Source: Stylophora pistillata (taxonomy: Eukaryota). Taken from it: a stretch of DNA of 64,000 nucleotides. Each line of letters begins with the position of its first letter. Position 1 is the stretch's first letter. Position numbers and translations under genes: made by a program. Positions 60,201 to 64,000 of this stretch are shown here, one piece after another. The stretch covers positions 160,066 to 224,065 of the forward strand of contig NW_019217953.1 in the NCBI RefSeq assembly GCF_002571385.2, written 5' to 3'. The notes under the pieces are model-generated. The model saw only the letters and a program-made list of their open reading frames with translations, did no database searches and was not told the DNA's origin.

Positions 60201-63200
60201 CTAACTAAGATAGTGAATTGATTTTTCCATCAATCAATCAATCTTCCTCGGCGTTACCGTACTTACTGTGGAAGGTCCTTAATTACTGTTAGCTTCTGTC
60301 CGTGTATTTCCGCGTCAAATGTAATCTATCGCTTGTGTAGTCATATGAATCGCATTCGACGGATACATTCGAAATTGACGGTCAGTTTAAGTTTTGTTTT
60401 TTTCCACTTAGGTGATGGTGCTCCGGAACAAACTAATACAGAACTTAAAGGTGTGTCTTATTTCTTACCCGTTTCATGTTTCCCTATGACGAAATTTTAA
60501 CTCGAAAGAAAGTTTAACTTGGGTAATTTCAATGTCTGATTCCCTTGGAATTCTACATTCCCAGCTTTCAATGTTATTCATCTTTTCTACCCGCGAGACC
60601 CCTTAGACCACATTTTCAATGAACAGGAATCTTTACCGGAATGGAAATTTGATATTCCTTGTTATTCTCCCATTTAGAGATTTATAACAGAGGATTTCTT
60701 GTAGACGAAGACCTTGGTATTTTATACGTGTGCCAGAAATCAAGCGAGAGGTCAGTGTTGTCTGCTATAAAAACATTTTCTTTACAAGTTCAAGATTCTG
60801 GTCGAACTCCAGTTTATCCTTGATGCTAGTCTGATCCACCACAGACTGGGAACGATCGGTTATTCGTTTGGCTGTCTTATTAAACTTTTATTTCGTAGGG
60901 TAGAACTCTAAGAAAAACCCGTTCTAGACAATCCATACCTGTCAATACGAATCCCTTGAGCTTTCCAGTTTTCTCCTTTTCTACTTTAGGTTGCAGTCAA
61001 GTTGCTTCTCAACAGCCGACCAAGGTTCCTCCTGGACTGGTAAAGGGGATACGCTTTATTTTCCACTACATAATGCTCTAGTTTAGAAAAAGGGAGATGA
61101 GTTGGCCTTTTAGTTATGAATTTAGAGTCCTTCTATTAATTGTTGCAAACTGAGATGAAAAAAATACCAAGGTAAAACAAACCTTATTTAAAGTACAGTT
61201 AATATTGCACTATGTCAATGGAAATTTTAACAAAACAAAACAGGCGACTGGAAGCTCAGGAATGCAAGAAGAGACCACGTCGCAACTTTAGCTTTTAGTT
61301 TTGCGTCTGATTGGTTGTGAGTATGGCACCAGTATTCTTGAACTACCACTGCAATCCCGGATTGTTGTCATTGCTCAATCGTAATATTACTCATTGCTGT
61401 GGAAGTGTGTGTGTTGCCGCGAACAGTGACAAACCATGTAAAATCAAAAATTTAAAAACAAAAAACCTTCACGAAGGCTTCGAGAAAACTCATCGTAAAC
61501 TTTACAATGCTTAACGCAACATTACGACCAAAAATCGAGAAAAACTGAGCGATGCAGAGAGTGACAGTGGCCTCGACACCAAATGGGAACCCAGGCGACG
61601 GCCGCGCGTCGACTAGCCGCAACAGTGTGAATTCAGTGCTAAAATTGCAACAATCCCGGTGTACTCTTTCTGGTGCTTGGAGCTTTGATCAAAGCCTCTT
61701 GAAGTACTCATTCTATCTTGCGTTATTTCCCGTTTCTTCCTTTTTCTCCCTACTCTTTCTCTCTCTCTCTTTTTTTTTCTTTTCTTAAAATTTTTCTCTG
61801 CGTGTAACGTCATAGTATATTATTCGTCTGAAAAAGAAACTTAAGTGAGGCCCAGTTATTCTTTATTTAGCTTTATTCATCGATTTTTTTAGGAGATTGT
61901 AAACTTTCATTTTTATAACTGTTTTCTGTTCATGTATCTCTCTAGCTGTGGACCAACAAGTGGGATATATCATTGGTAAGGCTGGAGACGACTTGTATGG
62001 CATTGCGCGTAACAACTGGGCGTATATGCGCAAACGAGGCAAGGAAGGGGCCTGGTATGGAATAGAGCAAGCCGTTTGGGACAAGGCCAAGAGAGATTTA
62101 AGCTTCACCCCTATCAAGCAAGATAATGCCAACAGTGGGGATCCTGGAGATGCCGAGACCAAGGGAAAGGATCCTAATAAATGGGGAGGTAATTCTTCTG
62201 TTTCCATATTCGCACCAGTGGTTTTCACGAAGGCTTCCAGATTGAGTAGTCCGGGTTAAAGTGAAGTTCATTTCATTCATTAGGCCCTCAGATAATGAGC
62301 AATGTCTCTGAGGAGCTCCATCCATGAAAAGCAGGCAATGATGATGCATATGAGATACATATGATGATGACAATGACTGTGTCTCAAACTTGAGAAAGGA
62401 CTCCTACCTACAACCCTTGTGCTTTGTATTTCGCGTTGATTTACATGTATTCTTTGACATAATTCCCTCATGGCGTTGATCTCATTGACAAACCCACTCT
62501 CTCTCAGCATTCAATCTGTGTTACAATTAAATTAAAAATAAATTGAATTAAATAAAGTGGACTTTTCAAAAAAAAAAAAAATGATCTAAATAAGGGAAGT
62601 TGCCTTGATAATTATTATTTTCTAACCAAAGTTGTAACTTTCACCTAGATGCGTTATAGACAGCCAGACGAGGTATTTGATGAATTTTTCATCAATGGGT
62701 AGAGTCGCAAACGACTCAAGCGACTCAACATTGACTTAGCTTAACCCAGTTTATACGCCTTTTAATCTTTTAACTCCTACAAGTGACTGAGACCTAGTTT
62801 TTCCTCAGAATATCAGCCCTGAAGCAGAAATACAAATCACAAGAATAAAGCAAATGATCACCAACTAAAGAAGCTTCTAATTGTTAAACAATTTCTCCTC
62901 GTCAGCTCCTAAGGAAATGTAGAGAGAACAGTATGGAGAGGGTCTCAATGGGGTTATCTGTTAGCCGTATAACGGCCAAAAAAAATTAGCCGTTAGGCGA
63001 AAAAATTTACAGTTAACCGTAAGTCATTAGATAATATCAACCATAAATTTTGTATTTCGTGTTAATTGTTCGCCGTTTAATGGCCAAAATTCTAACTGTC
63101 AGCCGTAAAATACTACTGCACCAGAATAGGATTCTAATGCATGGCAGGTTACACTCTAGCAATATTGTTTCGTTCGGTTTCCCTGACAATTTTTCAGCGC

Positions 63201-63502
63201 CCTCATCTATATTTGTAGACGGAGAAAGGCATTGCCTTTTTCTTTTTAAGAACATAAGGGATTTTTCCCTAGCTAGACGGCTCTTGACACTTTTAATAAA
63301 GTTTTACTACTACTACTACTACTACTATACAAGGACCCAGTCATTGCTACCCCAAGGGAACGCTACAGGACCCTATATATTTTTCTTCCGGTTAACCTCT
63401 TTCTTTTATTCTTTCTATATTTTAGGGAACGCTCAAGGAGTGTTGTTGAAAGTAAATCACAGCTGGCAGTTGAAGGCTCAGTGGAAGTGCTGTGGAAAAT
63501 GA
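48221..63502 (+). CDS. Uncharacterised secreted protein, ~958 aa, with alternating beta-sandwich-like repeats and a C-terminal domain ending WKCCGK
   Basis: Exons 48221-48308, 51350-51432, 51842-52295, 52977-53233, 54239-54403, 54779-55052, 55630-55901, 56580-57022, 58582-58747, 59926-60118, 60412-60450, 60678-60750, 60990-61039, 61946-62188 and 63426-63502. All are GT-AG and phase-compatible, giving 2877 open nt. It has an N-terminal signal peptide, a dibasic IVRR/A site, many NxS/T sites and an internal repeat (SKHWVG.G.R.G..M.W.G twice). The first two exons are less certain. Confidence 0.8.
57837..58103. mobile_element. PIF/Harbinger-type MITE
   Basis: CAG|GGGCCCAGTTGTTCAAAG ... CTTTGAACAACCCGGCC|CAG. 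Confidence 0.75.
58860..59060. repeat. Degenerate (GACA/GATA)n tetranucleotide repeat
   Basis: Read directly from the sequence. Confidence 0.7.
59320..59605 (+). mobile_element. Penelope-like 3' terminal fragment with a relic hammerhead (59465-59509)
   Basis: TGACT-(CCTACAA)-TGAC...GTC-GAAAC-GTC-AGTCA. Stem I and the GAAAC-GUC half are intact; the CUGANGA core is mutated. Confidence 0.55.
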
Positions 63503-64000
63503 TCCAACTTTTTTCTATTAGTACAAAGCGGCAGATTTTGACACCTAAAGTATTAAATCTTTGGTAGAGAATATTGTTCTAACCCTGTATCATAGTCTGT
63601 CTAACAGGTATTTCACTCTGAAAAAGCGCCTCTTACTATTCCAAGCTCGGTAAATGGTTTGATGTAGTTAAAGAAGATCATTTATTCACGCCCAAGTAAC
63701 GGCAAATAGTGCTGGATGGAAGTTTGAAGAAGCCCGATTTCAACTGCATCGAGTTAGAAAATTTCTAAAATGTAAATAGTATCGTCTTAAGTCTTTGTAG
63801 AGCGGGATCACACTTGCTAATTGCGCAAGAATGAATTGTAATACCAGCTCGGCTTGTTGAATAAACTTTCACTTAATCTTTTAAAAGACTGACTCCTCTC
63901 CAGTGATATCTTGAGGGTCTGGACCATTTTCCATCATTTTTGTTGTTACATAATCTTCGAAAACTACTTTTTATTAGGAGGCAAATGTCCATTAGTAATG

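Overview
Eukaryotic, intron-rich, AT-rich animal DNA. The gene and repeat content looks like a stony coral or other anthozoan (inference). The window has four parts. (1) About 1.4-24.6 kb: a tandem array of 3-exon secreted fibrinogen-related-domain (FReD; ficolin/tachylectin-like) genes. It contains one clearly intact gene (10076-12542), one probably intact gene, orphan exon cassettes, pseudogenes and relics. The amino-acid differences concentrate on the ligand-binding loops. The region is fragmented by assembly gaps (N at 3239, 9005-9285, 16096-16116, 18888, 22784). (2) 25.7-38.8 kb: HDAC11 (+). (3) 41.6-46.0 kb: the ciliary RIB43A gene (RIBC1/2, -), with an RFX X-box upstream. (4) 48.2-63.5 kb: a 15-exon gene (+) for an unannotated secreted protein of about 958 aa built from alternating beta-rich repeats. 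Transposons are abundant: Penelope-like fragments, Kolobok-type elements (one with an intact spliced transposase 5' part), a solo LTR, LINE and SINE pieces, and many MITEs. Two short TSD-flanked fold-back inserts are centred on hammerhead-ribozyme motifs, one with an apparently complete catalytic core. All exon models were read by eye from splice sites and frame continuity.
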